Of a DNA stretch of 64,000 nucleotides, positions 10,710 to 24,500 are shown piece by piece. The notes under the pieces are model-generated. The model saw only the letters and a program-made list of their open reading frames with translations, did not search any database and had not been told where the DNA came from. The DNA lies in assembly GCF_964213995.1 (NCBI RefSeq), contig NC_135823.1, forward strand, positions 1,240,001-1,304,000, given 5' to 3'. Made by a program: the position numbers and the translations under genes. Position 1 is the stretch's first letter. Each line of letters opens with the position of its first letter. Origin of the DNA: Mustelus asterias (lineage: Eukaryota).

Positions 10710-13700
10710 AACACCTTATGATCACGATAATGCCAAAATCAAATGTAACACTTAGGGTCGAGGCTTGCTACACAGAAACTTTGAAGTTTCTGGCCTGGGT
10801 CTTCACACCACTCCCAGAGGAAATAGCAACTCTCGGTCGATCCTAATATATTATTCCGCTATTTTAGGAAAATCAGACCGCCCCTTAATCTTCGAAACTC
10901 ACGGGAATACAAACATATTCTCTGCACCGAAATCACCCTTCGCCATTCGCTATGGTATTTTTTGCTTATTTCATTCTGCACCGTTTAAAATATAGACATC
11001 CACATGATCAACTGTCAGTGATTTGCTCTCATTTGACCAACTTTCTCGATTCAGAAGTTGCATCTTTCCACTTTACCCACAGTTCCTATCCCCTGCAGCA
11101 TTCCCGAGGGTGGAAAGCCTCCAACGTGTTCTGCAGTGCAAATGAATCATCGATCCTAACAGAGACTACTTAACAGGAAGCACTTAATGTCCCCTGGAGT
11201 GATACACTTAATATTGCTCCTAATTGTTACTGAGAGATTCTCCGCATTTTGTGTCTGGACATCGGGTTTTGCAGACAATGATAACACTCTTACGCGATTC
11301 CCTGGTATTTCTTACTCCACAGGGGGGAACAAATATATCAATATTTTGTGGACAATATTGCCTCAATATTTCTTCCTGGATTATTCGGGAAATGAAGCTG
11401 ATTTAAAGACATTCCACGCCTATTTAGACCCCTGTATGATCCCGGATGTCTGAAAACGCGGTTTAATGAACACCACGCAACACATGTTTGCTTGGGTCAG
11501 AACATGGACGGGCCCAGTTCGATAGTTTTATCCATCAGCGCAAGCATGCAATAGCCAGCCTTCTGTCCTCTGGGAAGCACAAGGCCAAAGTGGCGGAGGG
11601 GGAGGCAGGGTAGACTGAGGCAGTTTATGTCCATTTGTGCAGAGTGAACAGGATGAACGACCAGGAGTATAATATCGTCACTAATAAAGCTGACAGTTAA
11701 TTCGTGAGGAAAATCTTTCCTCATTGGATAGGGATAATATGGAAATAGTCCGCACAGTCATCCGATCTACAGAAATGCATTTGATTGGGAAACTGAATAA
11801 ACTGAGGAAAAAGAAATGAATTAAATAGTGGGTTAATGGTGGGGGTGGGGTGTGGGATCTAGGGTTGTGGATAACTGCGATTATGTAGATGTGGGAGGAA
11901 GTTCCTGTGAAATATAACGACCAGCCCGGAGTGGGTGGCCCAGAGCCCGCTTATCAAAAGATGCAATTATGATACAAAGGGATAGGGAGAATTGGACTGG
12001 GTGAAACCGGCATTAAAACATTTGCATCCTTTTGAATCTTTCTTCTTTCGATACTTGTTTGCAGAAAACAGAATGTAGTAAGGTGTTTGGGGTGAATTCA
12101 ACGCAATATTCTGCTATCCCCTGTGCCCATTCGAATTTCACAAACAGTCATGTTGCTGAATTCAGCAACATTATCTGTTCAACACAGTTTAGGTCAGTCT
12201 CAAGGCGTGTTTAGCATTCGCTGGAAGATGTTTCTCGTTGCAGACTCAGCTGTGCGCGGCCTCTTAATCTGTAAACAGGAAACTCTGAACCACAATTCAC
12301 ACTGCTCTGAAGTTTTCAGTGCGCCATTTTCACCGCAGCACCTTGTGTCTGCAAAACGTGCATTTTCACCTTGGCTCCCGATTCCCTGTGTTACCACAGC
12401 CCACCAACTTTGTAACACCTTGAACGTTGTAGCATCTCTTTGCAGTTTTGTGTCTTCGTCACTCCTCCTTTAGCGTAGCACATTTGCAGGGTTAGAACCA
12501 CTGAGATATAAGTCAATTCGAAAATTAAGCCAATGCCTACTTTCTATAAAACGAATTTCATGGTGAAAGAATCAATCATTTGCAGTTGATCAGAAGCGTT
12601 CACGGGAAACATTCACCAATATATTCACTTGGACGTTCTGCTCCTTTGGACTGAGAAGGATTCCACGGTCATCAGTAAAAATAACGTTTGCCTTTCTTTT
12701 TTTCTTGTTTCTACTTATATGCAGACATAATCAGTTTTGGAAAGGTCAGCCACGTTCAGGGCGGCAAGATGGCACTTCATGTCTTAAATGGAGTCCATGA
12801 GGAGAGAGGACTTTTGCCCAACCTTTGTACAGAAACTTACCAATGCAAACTCTGTGCATGGAACTGTGGGGTGGCCGCACACCAGAAGAACATGGTCAAT
12901 CAGAGGCACTCAATTGAGTGAAAAGTGTCAATGATTATTTGATGATGGACACTTGCAAATAGCACCAGGGCAGATGGAGAAATTTAAATTAAATTAAATA
13001 ACGCATTTAGATTAAAATCTAGTCTAATCCATGGCAACCATGATCAATATAATCGATCACTGATCTCTTTTCTGGCAGACAATCTACCGTCCATATCTGG
13101 TCTGGCCGAAATGTGCCGCCAGAAATGTACCAGCAAAACACTCATTTCCAGGGTGGGCAGAAAACTTGGAATTACAATCTCTGCCAGGTCATAAGAAAAG
13201 TAATGAACTAAACATCGTGATTTCTGAGTCAGAAAGATAGTTCTGCATTTCAGTGCGTGCCGAAGAGGCAATTTCAGTTTGGTCACAAACATTGGAGAGG
13301 AGGGGCATATTGAGCGCGTCGACCCTCTTCCGTCTTACAGTAACATAGAGGCTGATCTGTATTATTACTTCAGTTACCTGGCTTGGTTCAGCAACTTGTA
13401 CTCAACTCCCCAACAAAAAAACAGTTCAAAATTTTCTATTTCCATCACCAATCGGCTTCAGGAAAAGGAGTTCCAGCTTTGTGAGAAAAAAAGGTGTGCT
13501 ACTTTGCTTTTACTGCAGTCCTAACTCACTTATCCAAGCGAATTAAAATTGCGAGGGCGATAATATTGAGATATCACATCTGGCTGGGGATTGAGTAACT
13601 CTCCAGTCAATAGTTTCGAAAGTTTCCTTTCCTGTTTTTTCAAGGCGCTTTTGCCAAGCTTGCGATATGACTTTGCTCACAGCTGGCGCTGTTTACCTTC

Positions 13701-13989
13701 AGCGCGAATGTTTCCTGCCAACCCATGTCTGAACACTAGAGTATTTTTCGTACTCAAATGCTCAACAGAAATAATTTGATAATAATAATAATAATCATAA
13801 GTAATAAATTGACAATGTAATTTAATTTAACAGGATATAATGAAGATCCATTGGTCTTGACGTGGTTTAACGTCCCTCAGTAACACTGTAATGCAATACG
13901 CTTTGTGATCTTGAACATGTAAGTTGACAAGGGCATTTTAGATTAAGCATAAATCCCGATTTTGCACAGTGCTGACGAACGGTTCAGAT

Positions 13990-15055
13990 GTCATTTTCGG
14001 GAGAAAGACGTCTGAAAATTACAGGCAATTGAGGTTATCCCCAGTGGTAGGGAAACTGGAGGAACAAATTCTGAAGGACAGAATTAACCTCCACTTGGGA
14101 AGACAAGTATTAATCAAGGATATTCAGCATGATTTTGTCAAAGGGAAATCATACCATGCAAATTCAACTGATTTTTTCGAGGAGTGACTCGTTGTCAAGA
14201 TGCGGGCAGTGCAGTTGATGTGGTCGGCGTGGACTTCAGAAAGGATTTTGATCAGGTCCCACATGTGAGGCTGATGACGAAGGTGAGAGCCCATGGGTTC
14301 CAGTCAATTTTGCAAACTGGATCCAAAATTAATTGAGCGGCAGGAGGCAGTGCGTAATGGTGGAAAGTTGTTTTTGTGACTGGAAGTCCGTGTCCATTGG
14401 TGTTCCGCAGGTATAGGTGCTGCGTCCCTTTTTGTATGTAGTGTACACTAATGATCTCGACGTGAATGTGTGGGGTATGATAAGTCCTTTCGCTAATGAC
14501 ACATCGATGTAAATAGTAAGGAGTAAAGCCGTAGCTCACAGGATGATGTAGAAGGGCTGGTCAGATGGTCAGAAAAGTGACAAATGGAATTTAATCTAGT
14601 AAGTGTGAGATGACGTATATTAGAAGAATCAACAAGGCAAAAGAATACACAATGAATGGTTGTACATGGAGGAAGTACAAAGGATCAGAGGGACATTGAT
14701 GTGCATGTCCAAAGATCTGTGAAGAGGGCAGGACAGGGAGATAAGCTCGTTCAGAAGGGTTATGTGGGATACTTGGGTTTATTAACCGAGGCATTGAGTA
14801 TAATAGCTGGGAACTTGTTATGGAGCTGTATCAAACACTGCTCAGGGTAGAGCTGCAGTACTGGTCGCCACACTACAGGATAGAAGTGATTGAAGTCTGG
14901 AAAGCTCAGAGGAGATTCACCAGGATGTTGCCTGGCTTGGACCGTTTCATGTATGAAGAGGGCTGGATTGGCTCGGTTTGTTTACCTTGGAGCGCAGAAG
15001 GCTGTGGGAGGACCTGATTGAGGTTTAGAAAGTTGTGAGCGGCATGGATCGGATC
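13990..15055 (+). mobile_element. Decayed CR1-type LINE RT fragment
   Basis: Translates to QHDFVKGKS..., YWSPHY..QRRFTRMLPG with stops and frameshifts. Confidence 0.85.
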
Positions 15056-15299
15056 GATGAAAACTGCTGGAAATCCGCAGAAACGTCTGACTGAGGTTTT
15101 GTAACCAGAATATTAACTCAATCGTTGTATGATCATTTGGAAGAGGCGCAGAGATATGTGCTCTGATTCCATAGTGTGGACGAATGTGATTTGATTCGCA
15201 ATTAGATGCTTCAGACAGTCAGCTGATCGCTGATAGCCGCATGAGGTATCCCGGATGGGACATCTTGCAACTTATTCCAAAATTCAGGGAGAGGGACTG

Positions 15300-16920
15300 T
15301 GTGGTTTTTGAGCAAATTGGAATTGGGTAGGACAAGCTATTTGAGGTGTTGGCAGCCTTAAAAGTGGATAAATCTCCAAGTCCAGCTGAATTGCGCCATC
15401 AGCTCCTGTGCGAGGCAAGAGGGAAGATTGCAGGGGCGCTGGCTCGTATTTTTCAATTCCATTCTGGCCACGGGAGGTCCCATAAAACTGGGGAATAGCA
15501 AATATGGTTCGACTATTTAGGAAGAGTAGTAAAGATGAACCAGGGAACTACAGACAAGTGAATCTCACTTCAGTGGGAGGGAAACAATGAGAGAAACTTC
15601 TGAGGGAGAGCATCCATCGACACTTTTGGAGAGGCAAAGCTTGTGCAGAGATATTGAACATGGCTTCGTCAGAGGGAGGTCATGCCGAACAAATTTGATT
15701 GAATTTTTTGAGGCTGACAATGTGTGGAGACGAACGTAGTGCAGTGGATGTAACTTCTGTGCATTTCAGCAAAAACCTTGACATGGTTCCACATGGGAGA
15801 CTTGCAAAGAAGATAAACTCACGTGGGATTCAGGGTAATTTCATAAAGTGCATTCAAAATTGGATCAGTTGAAGGAGACAGCGGGTGACGACAGAAGAAT
15901 GCTTTAGTGACTGGACGCCAGTGTCCAGTGGCGTACCACAGGGTCCTGTGTTGTGCCCCGTATTTTTCGTCATTTATATAAATGACACGGATATCTATGT
16001 GGCGGGTAGGATTAGTTAGTTTGCAGAAGACACAAGGATTGGACGTACGGCTAACAGTGAGGTGGAATGCGTTGGGCTACAAGGACATAGAGACAGAATG
16101 GTCAAATGGGTAAATAAGTGGCAGATTAAATTTAACACTGAAAAGTGTCAAGTGATGCACTTTGGAAGGAGTAATTTGACAAGAATGTATTCTATGAATG
16201 GTAGGACACCCGGAAGTTCTGTGGAATAAAGGGACCTTGGCGTCTTTATCCACAGATCTCTGAAAATGGAAGGGCATGATAATAGAGAGGTGAAAAGGGC
16301 AAATGGGACATTTTCATTTGTCATTCGAGACATTGATTGCAAATACAGAGAAGTCATGTTGGAATTGTATAGGACTTTCACGAGGCCACAGCAAGAGAAC
16401 CGTGTGCAGTTATGGTCGCCGCATTATCGGAAGTATATGATTGCACTGGAGGGGGTGCAGAGGAGATTCACTAGGATGCTGCCTGGAATAGAACATCTAA
16501 GTTAGAAAATTTGGTTGGATAGGCTTGGGGTGTTTTCGTTGGAACAGAGAAGATTTAGTGGTGACCTGATCGAGGTGTACAAGATTATGAGGGACATGGA
16601 CAGGATGCAGCTATTCCACTCAGTTGAAGAGTTCATTCACAAGGGGGCATAGGTGTAAGGCGAGGGACAGGAAATTTAGGGGGGAATGTGAGGAAAAGCT
16701 TTTTTACACAGAGGGTGGTGAGGGTCTGGAATGCGCTGCCTGGGAATGTGGTGGTTGTGGGTTGCCTCACATCATTTAAAAAGTATCTGGATGAGCATTT
16801 GGCGTATTATAATATTAAGGGCCGTGGGCCAAGTGCTGGCAGATGGGATTAGTCGTGAGTTCGCGTGCTTCTAATGTATCGGTGTGGACTCGAAGGGCCG
16901 AATGGCCTCTTCTGCGCTAA
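15300..16920 (+). mobile_element. Decayed CR1-type LINE (RT to 3' UTR)
   Basis: KVDKSP.., WSPHYRK..QRRFTRMLPG motifs and CR1 tail GGCCGAATGGCCTCTTCTG. Confidence 0.85.
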
Positions 16921-17149
16921 AAAATATATAATTCCAGAAATTAAATCTAATCCTGTTCCTACTAAACTATAAATAATTTGAGACACAGTGCACCAATGAT
17001 GCCCTGTTGCACCAATGGTCCCAGTACCTCATTCGGTCCCACTGGGTGTCAATTCAAAGAATGTTTCCACATATACTACATTTTTCTGATACATAAACGG
17101 TCCTTCAATGCATCAACTGTCAAACAATATTTCAAATGTCAAACCTATG

Positions 17150-19800
17150 ATGGCCGTACTGAGAGGGGATATATCCGAGGGTTCGGCCACTGAGTCTATA
17201 TGGGTAGAACTGAGAAATTTGAAGGAGAAATCACTTTGATAGGGTTGTACTAGAGGCCCCCAAATAGTCAGCGGGAAATTGAGCAGCAAATATGTAAGGA
17301 GATTACAGATCGTTCCAAGCAAAATAGGGTGGTAATAGACGGAGATTTTAACTTTCCCAACATTGACTGGGACAGCCATAGTATTAGAGGGTTGGATGGA
17401 AAGAAATTTGTTTAATGTATTTAGGAGGCGTTTCTCATTCAGTATGTCAATGGCCCGACGAGAGAGGGGGCAAAACTTGACCTCCTCTTGGGAAATAAGG
17501 AAGGGCAGGTGACAGAAGTGTTCGTGAGGGATCATTTTGGGGCCAATAACCATAATTCTATTGGTTCTAAGATAGCTATGGAGAATGATAGGTCTGGCCC
17601 AAAAGTTAAAATTCTTAACTGGGGCAAGGCCAATTTTGATGGTATCAGGCAGGAACTTTCAAAAGTTAATTGGGGGAATCGGTGGGAAGGCAAAGGGACG
17701 TCTGGTAAGTGGCACGCTTTCAAAGGTGTGTTAACCACAGTTCAGGGTAAACACATTCCTTTTAGAGTGAAGGGAAAGGCTGCCAGAAGTAGGGCAAGGC
17801 TGGCAGAAACAGGGAACCCTGCATGATTCTGGATATGTGAAGGCCTGGTCAAGAAAAAGAAAGAGGCAGATGACATGCATATGCATCTGGGATCAAGTGA
17901 ATGCCTTGAAGAGTATAGGGGGTGCAGGAGTAGAGTTAAGAGAGAAATCAGGAGGGCAAAAAGTGGTCATGAGATTGTTTTGGCAGATAAGGCAAAGTAG
18001 AATCCAAAGAGCTTCTATAAATGCATAATGGACTTAACAGTAACAATGGCGAGAGTAGGGCCAATTAAAGATCACCAAGGTCATCTATGTGCGGATCAAC
18101 AAGAGATGGGTGAGACCCTAAATTAATATTTCTCATCAGTATTCACTGTTAAGAAAAGCATGGATGTTAGGGAACTTGAAGAAATAAATAGTGATGTCTT
18201 GACGAGTGTACATATACAGAGAAGGATATGCTGGAAGTCTTAAAGCTCTTGAAGGTAGATAAATCCCCGGGACCTGCTGAAGTGTATCCCAGGACATTGT
18301 GGGAGGCTAGGGAGGAAATTGCGTGCTCCCGAGCCAAGATGTTTGAATCTTCGATAGTCATGGGTGAGGTGCCTGAAGATTGGAGAGTGGCAAATGTTGT
18401 GCCTATTTTAAAAAGGGCTGCAGGGAAAAGCGTGGGAACTACAGTCCAGTGAGCCTCACATCTGTGGTGGGTAAATTGTTGGAAGAAATTTTGAAAGACA
18501 GGATCTACAGGCAATTCGAGATGCAAGGACTGATTAGGGACAGTCAGCATGGCTTTGTGTTTGGAAAATCATGTCTCACAAATTTGATTGAACTTTTTGA
18601 AGAGGTAACCAAGAAGGTAGAAATCGGCAGTGCCATTGGTGTTGTCGACATGGACTTTAATAAGGCCTTTGGCAAGGTAGCACATGGTAGGTTGTTGCAT
18701 CAGGTTAAATCTCAGGGCATCCAGGGTGAGGTATCTAAATGGATGCAAAATTGGCTCCTTGACAGAAGCCAGAAGGTGGTTGCAGAGATTTGGTTTTCAA
18801 ACTGGTGGCCTGTGGACAGCGGAGTGCTTCAGGGATCAGTGCTGGCTCCACTGTTATTTGACATTTATATACATGATTTGAATGAGAACACAGGAGGCAT
18901 GGTTAGTAAGTTTGCAGATGACACTAAGATTGGCGGCATAGTGGACAGTGAACAAAGTTATCTCCAATTGCAACGGGATCTTGATCAATGGGGCCAGTGG
19001 GCTGACGAACGGCAGATGGAGTTTAATTTAGACAAATGCAAATTGATGCATTTTGATAGATTGAACCAGGACAGGACATACTCAGTTTTTGGTAGGGCGT
19101 TGGAGAGAGTTCCAGAACAAAGAGACCTCGGGGGACATGTTCATTGCTCCTTGAAAGTGGAGTCACAGTTGGACAAAATGGTGAAGAAGGCATTCGACAT
19201 GCTTGGTTTCATCGGTCAGCACATTGAATACAGGAGTTGGAATGTCTTGTTGAAGTTGTACAAGACATTGGTAAGGCCAGACTTGGAATACTGTGTGCAG
19301 TTCTGGTCACCCTGTTGTAGAAAGGATATTATTAAACTAGAAAGAGTGCAGAAAAGATTTACTAGAATGCTACCGGGACATTATGGATTGAGTTATAAAG
19401 AGATGCTGGATAGCCTGGGACTTTTTTCTCTGAAGCGTTGGAAGGCTGAGGGGTGATCTTATAGAGGTCTATAAAATAATGAGGGGCACGGATCAGTGAG
19501 ATCGTGAATATCTTTTCCCAACGGTAGGGGAGTCTAAAACTAGAGGGCATTGGTTTAAGGTGAGAGGGGAGAGATACAAAAGTGTCCAGAGGGTAATTGT
19601 TTTTCACACAGAGGGTGGTGAGTATCTGGAACAAGCTGCCAGAAGTAGTAGTAGAGGCGGGTACAATTTTGTCTTTTATAAAGCATTTCGATAGTTACAT
19701 GGGTACGATGGGTATGGAGGGATATGGGCCAAATGCGGGCAATTGGGCTTAGCTTCGGGGTTTAAAAAAATTAGGGCGGCATGGACAATTTGGGCCTGTA
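17150..19800 (+). mobile_element. 5'-truncated CR1/HER1-type LINE (APE end, RT, 3' UTR)
   Basis: ORF 18380-19456 has NYSPVSLTSVVGK, QHGF, QGSVLAPLLF and FADD; upstream endonuclease remnants. Confidence 0.92.
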
Positions 19801-20394
19801 AGGTTTAGGGCAAATCCTCCATGGGATAAGGAAAATGACCGACTGGTTGTCAGGCCACATGAATATGCAAGAGGCTGGGGTAATCTAATCAACCGGAAAC
19901 AAAGGAGTAAATAGCCCAGCAGCAAGACAATGGGAACAGAGATCATTTCATCCACAGACAACATCAATGACTCAGCGCACTGATGGGATTCCAATCAGGA
20001 TGACTCAAAGAACATTTAAAAGACATTAAAATGTCAATTAAGTCTGTTGGCCCTTTTGTCCCAGTCAATCGAAACTATTAATGATCAGGAACTGTTTTGT
20101 GTGAGAATGTCACTGCTTCAGGTTTTAAAAAGGGACAAGCAAGCTCTGGTCTCTCTCTCTCATTTCTCTTCGGACAAGCATGGCCGCACTCTCCACTCCC
20201 TTCTCCTGTTGCTGCCTCTCGTTCGTCTCCAGCACGCAACCCGAAGCCCACTGAGCAATTTAAACTAGGATTGTGAGTACCCTCCGGTAATTCGCGAAGT
20301 TCCCGAGATCATCATTGTGGATGAGGCTTTGGGGAAATGGGGGCGGGGGGGGGGGCTTTTGCATGCACCTTTCATAGTTTAAGACACTGGTAAA

Positions 20395-20396
<2 letters not shown>

Positions 20397-20451
<55 letters not shown>
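20397..20451. repeat. (TA)n microsatellite
   Basis: Direct reading. Confidence 0.98.
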
Positions 20452-20453
<2 letters not shown>

Positions 20454-20676
20454 TTGACTTCCATTGGAGTCCGTTTTGATCTTTTCAATTTCTCACCAAC
20501 GATCTCTGACCAAGTCGCAATATTAAATATCCCTTACCATAATTCCGGAGTCCAGAACTCAGGGTACCCTGGGCGCTTCGAAACCGCCCACTTAGGGAAG
20601 GCTGCCAGGTAGTGGGTACAGTATGAAGTTTAACAACACCAGGTTAAAGTCCAACATGTTTATTTGGTAGCAAAAG

Positions 20677-20722
20677 CCACACAAGCTTTCGGAGCTGCAA
20701 GCCCCTTCTTCAGGTGAGTGGG
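20677..20722 (-). ncRNA. Minimal hammerhead ribozyme motif (left-arm copy)
   Basis: Reverse complement of the motif at 21520-21564. Confidence 0.65.
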
Positions 20723-21519
20723 AATTCTGTTCACAAACAGAGCATTTCATGACACAGACTCAATTTACATGAATAATGCTTGGAATGCGAATACTTACAA
20801 CTAATCAAGTCTTTAAGAAACAAAACAATGTGAGTGGAGAGAGCATCAAGACAGGCTAAAAAGATGTGTATTGTCTCCAGACAAGACAGCCAGTGAAACT
20901 CTGTGGGGGTTACAGATAGTGTGACATGAACCCAATATCCCGGTTGAGGCCTTCCTCGTGTGTGCAGAACTTGGCTATCAGTTTCTGCTCAGCGACTCTG
21001 CGCCGTCGTGTGTCGTGAAGGCCGCCTTGGAGAACGCTTACCCGAATATCAGAGGCCGAATGCCCGTGACCGCTGAAGTGCTCCCCAACAGGAAGAGAAC
21101 AGTCTTGCCTGGTGATTGTCGAGCAAGACCAGGCAAGACTGTTCTCTTCCTGTTGGGGAGCACTTCAGCGGTCACGGGCATTCGGCCTCTGATATTCGGG
21201 TAATCGTTCTCCAAGGCTGCCTTCGTGACACACGTCGGCGCAGAGTCGCTGAGCAGAAACTGATAGCCAAGTTCCGCACACACGAGGAAGGCCTCAACTG
21301 GGATATTGGGTTCATGTCACACTATCTGTAACCCCTACAGAGTTTCACTGGCTGTCTTGTCTGGAGACAATACACATCTTTTTAGCCTGTCTTGATGCTC
21401 TCTCCACTCACATTGTTTTGTTTCTTAAAGACTTGATTCGTTTTAAGTATTCGCATTCCAACCATTATTCATGTAAATTGAGTCTGTGTCTTTCTATGCT
21501 CTGTTTGTGAACAGAATTC

Positions 21520-21564
21520 CCACTCACCTGAAGAAGGGGCTTGCAGCTCCGAAAGCTTGTGTGG
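21520..21564 (+). ncRNA. Minimal hammerhead ribozyme motif
   Basis: CAC-CTGAAGA-AGGGGC-TTGCA-GCTCC-GAAA-GCTT-GTG: CUGANGA and GAAA core boxes, stem II and a palindromic AAGCTT stem III, as is typical of Penelope-like pLTR hammerheads. Confidence 0.7.
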
Positions 21565-24500
21565 CTTTTGCTACCAAATAAACCTGTTGCACTTTAACCT
21601 GGTGTTGTTAAACTTCTTACTGTGTTTACCCCAGTCCAACGCCGGCATCTCCACATCATGACTCGGTAGTGGATAGGCAGCAGTTTTCTTTTCTGTCTCT
21701 TGGGAGCGCTACTCTAGTGAAGTCGACGCAAGGTGGCCGTTGTTCCATCGGCGAGAGAGAGAATCACTCGGGCATTGGTGGGGTTTGGGTAATGGAGAAC
21801 CAAACCTAAAATAAGCCCGGTGGGGTTAAAAAGGGGATCCCGCTACAATGGCAACCGCGACAGGACTCCGGTGGTCTGGAATATGTGACTTGTCAGACGG
21901 GGTGAGGGAAAGAAGCAAAATGGAGGAGAGAATCTCCTCATATCTGTGGAAAAAGGTCAACCTCACCAAAACGTGGGTATTAGCACTAATGAATGCAGAG
22001 CAGCCCGTAATGGCTGCGGCTGCATGGACAGAGAGCAAGGAATACACTAAAGGGTTGGAAAAGGCAGTTTGGCTAGTCTGTATGTCCCAGCAGGTAGCCA
22101 AAATGGAAAGAAGAATTGCTGTTCTGGAGGGAGAGTTGAGCAAAGTTAGGGCCAGCGCGGGAGACAGCGCTAGAGCAGAGGAACAGTTATTTAATGAATT
22201 AACTGATGCGAGGCAGTGCATCCTACAAGCTAGTGAGTCACACCGATACGAAAAGGAATTCCTCCAATGCCAGGTAGTTGAGGCAAAGGAGAGGGAATGG
22301 AAGGCCCAGGAACTCCTGGCTCAAGGTGCGCAAAGGTACAAGGAGCTGGAAGGGAGGTTCAGGGACATCCAGGCAGCGGACAGGGTGGCTTGCGACGAGT
22401 TAGGTGACGGTGAGCATGGGCCGTGCCAGGCACGGATAGAAGAGCTGGAGGAGGCTCTGTCAAAGGTCAGGGGACGGGTGCACCTGATAGGTCCAGGAGG
22501 GTCCCCTAGGGGCAGAGGGCCCCTCGCAGCGGATAATTCCCCGGGCGCTAAGGGGAATAGACCGCCTCCTGAGGCGCCAGAAACGTGTCCGGGTCGGCAG
22601 GTGGGTTTCAGGCTGTCCAGAGAGGGGCAGGTCCAACGGGGGTCAATGGGGTACCCCAAGGTGGCGGCGTGTCCGCCGGGTATAGCGCACCATTCCTTTG
22701 GGAAAGGGAACAGACCGCTGCCTGAGATGCCGGTAACGTGTCCGGGTCAGCAGGTAGGGTTCAGGATGTCCAGGGAGGGACGGGTCCAAGGGGGGTCAGT
22801 GGAGTTTCCCCGGAGTGGTGGGAGCATGGAGGGATAGCCGGATGCCGATGAGGCAACAGCCGCAGGTGGGGCAGATGTGCCCGGTTCGACAAAGAAAGTA
22901 TGGTCCCACGGTGGGAGGGGACGCAACGGGACCGATAGATAGTGATATAATAATTCCCCATGGGGCACATGTGCTCAGGGGGATGGTAACCCACATCCCA
23001 AGACTGACTGGGGCGGGAGACCCGTCGTTACATTTTATGGAGGTGCAACAGGCAGCCGACCTAAATGATTGTGATGAGGTGGAACGGGTGAAACTACTGC
23101 TGATGACCCTGGATTCCTATTTATGTAAGGCAGTGACCTCCAGGGAAGGGGGAAGACCTGCCACATGGGTAGCGGCACAGACAGCATTTCTGGAGGCCAT
23201 GGGGTTAAATCAGGGTAATCCCTTCACGAGGGTGTGGGAGACAAAGCAGCAAGTCGCAGAGTCCCTGGACATGTTCGTAGACAGGCTGTGGACGATGTAT
23301 GAGGGAGCGTGTGGGACTCCCTTAGACAGGCAACATCTGGACGAGAGGACAGCCGACTGGCTGAAGACTTTCGTGGCTAACTGCCTTCCGTGAGTTACGA
23401 CAAAGGCCGAGCATTGGTTCGACCCGCTGGACCCCAACCTTAACGAGGCGGAGGTAATAAGGAAGCTCACCCTTGCGTATCGCAACGGGGAGAGAAGTGA
23501 GGAAAAGCCCCATAAGGGCGAGGTGCATGAGGTCGGACCGGCACCCCTCCCTAGGAGCGAGTGGAAGCAGGAAGGTAACCGGGCCTCAGACCGGAGACCG
23601 GTGTGCTACGGGTGTGGGAAGCCCGGGCACTTCAGGAGGGAGTGTAGGAACCCGAGCAGGGAGGAAAGGGCTCCCATGAAAAAGACACCAACCCCGGTGG
23701 TAGGAGCACTTACCCCGGAGACGATCGATATAAAGGATCTGCTGGCTTATCTGCAGACCAAGGCAACGGGGTCCGGGCAGGTTGCGATGGCAACAGGCAG
23801 GGCCAGCTCGCACCCGCACCACGAGCTCCCTTATGACTGCCAGCGGGGCAGCCCACCTTCCTATGTCCATTAGATTATGGCCCATGCGGGAGACCCTGGG
23901 TCAGGATGGAGGTCCAGGATGTGGTCCGGAGTTACCTACTGGACACAGGTGCTTCCAGTACCATTGTCCACACGGACAATCCCCAAACATCCCCTCTATC
24001 CAAGCCTACAGACTTGTCGGCTTCACGGGAAACGAGAAGACTGTTTTACTTCTCTGTTCCCCTGTCCATCAGGTTGGGGACACTCCAGGCGCGGTGCAAA
24101 TGCATCCTGATGAGATGGGAGCAGGAGGGAAAGGGGATCCTAGGCGCCGATTTTATAGTGGCTCATCAGGTCTTGGTGGACCTGAGGAACCACTGTTTTT
24201 GGGGCATAGCAGGGGAAGGGGCTGAGAAGGAGGTCATGGTCATAGAGAGGGCACAAGAAAGGGGGGCTTTATGTGTAGTGAAACCCAAGGAGGGGTATGA
24301 TTTGGGAGCCATGGTAGGGAATATCTCGGAGAAAATAGGGCGTATGTCCGGAAGAATTTGGCCGCCTTTGCGACCCACAAGCACGATTGCGGGAGGGTCA
24401 CTGGGACAGAGGTCAGGATAGATGGAGACCCCATGTCCCGACCCCAGAAACAGTATAGTTTCCCCCGGGAAGCGGAGGCAGATTTAGAGGTGGCCCTAAA

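Larger units (their letters stand above)
10330..15060. repeat. Segmental duplication, left copy (inverted partner at ~47110-52090)
   Basis: Collinear reverse-complement similarity across non-repeat sequence, e.g. 10990-11060 vs 51710-51780 and 12560-12790 vs 49550-49790. Paired ORF translations 13591+/48561- and 13279+/48791- are homologous. Confidence 0.9.
20618..21660. mobile_element. Penelope-like element remnant forming a ~1 kb inverted repeat (arms 20618-21113 and 21128-21623)
   Basis: Near-identical antisense ORFs 20958+ and 21038-. The sense frame CSLPVGEHFSGHGHSASDIRVIVLQG..RRVAEQKLIAKFRTHEEGLN resembles the C-terminus of a PLE GIY-YIG endonuclease. GGTAGTGG flanks both sides (20608-20615, 21665-21672). 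Confidence 0.85.
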
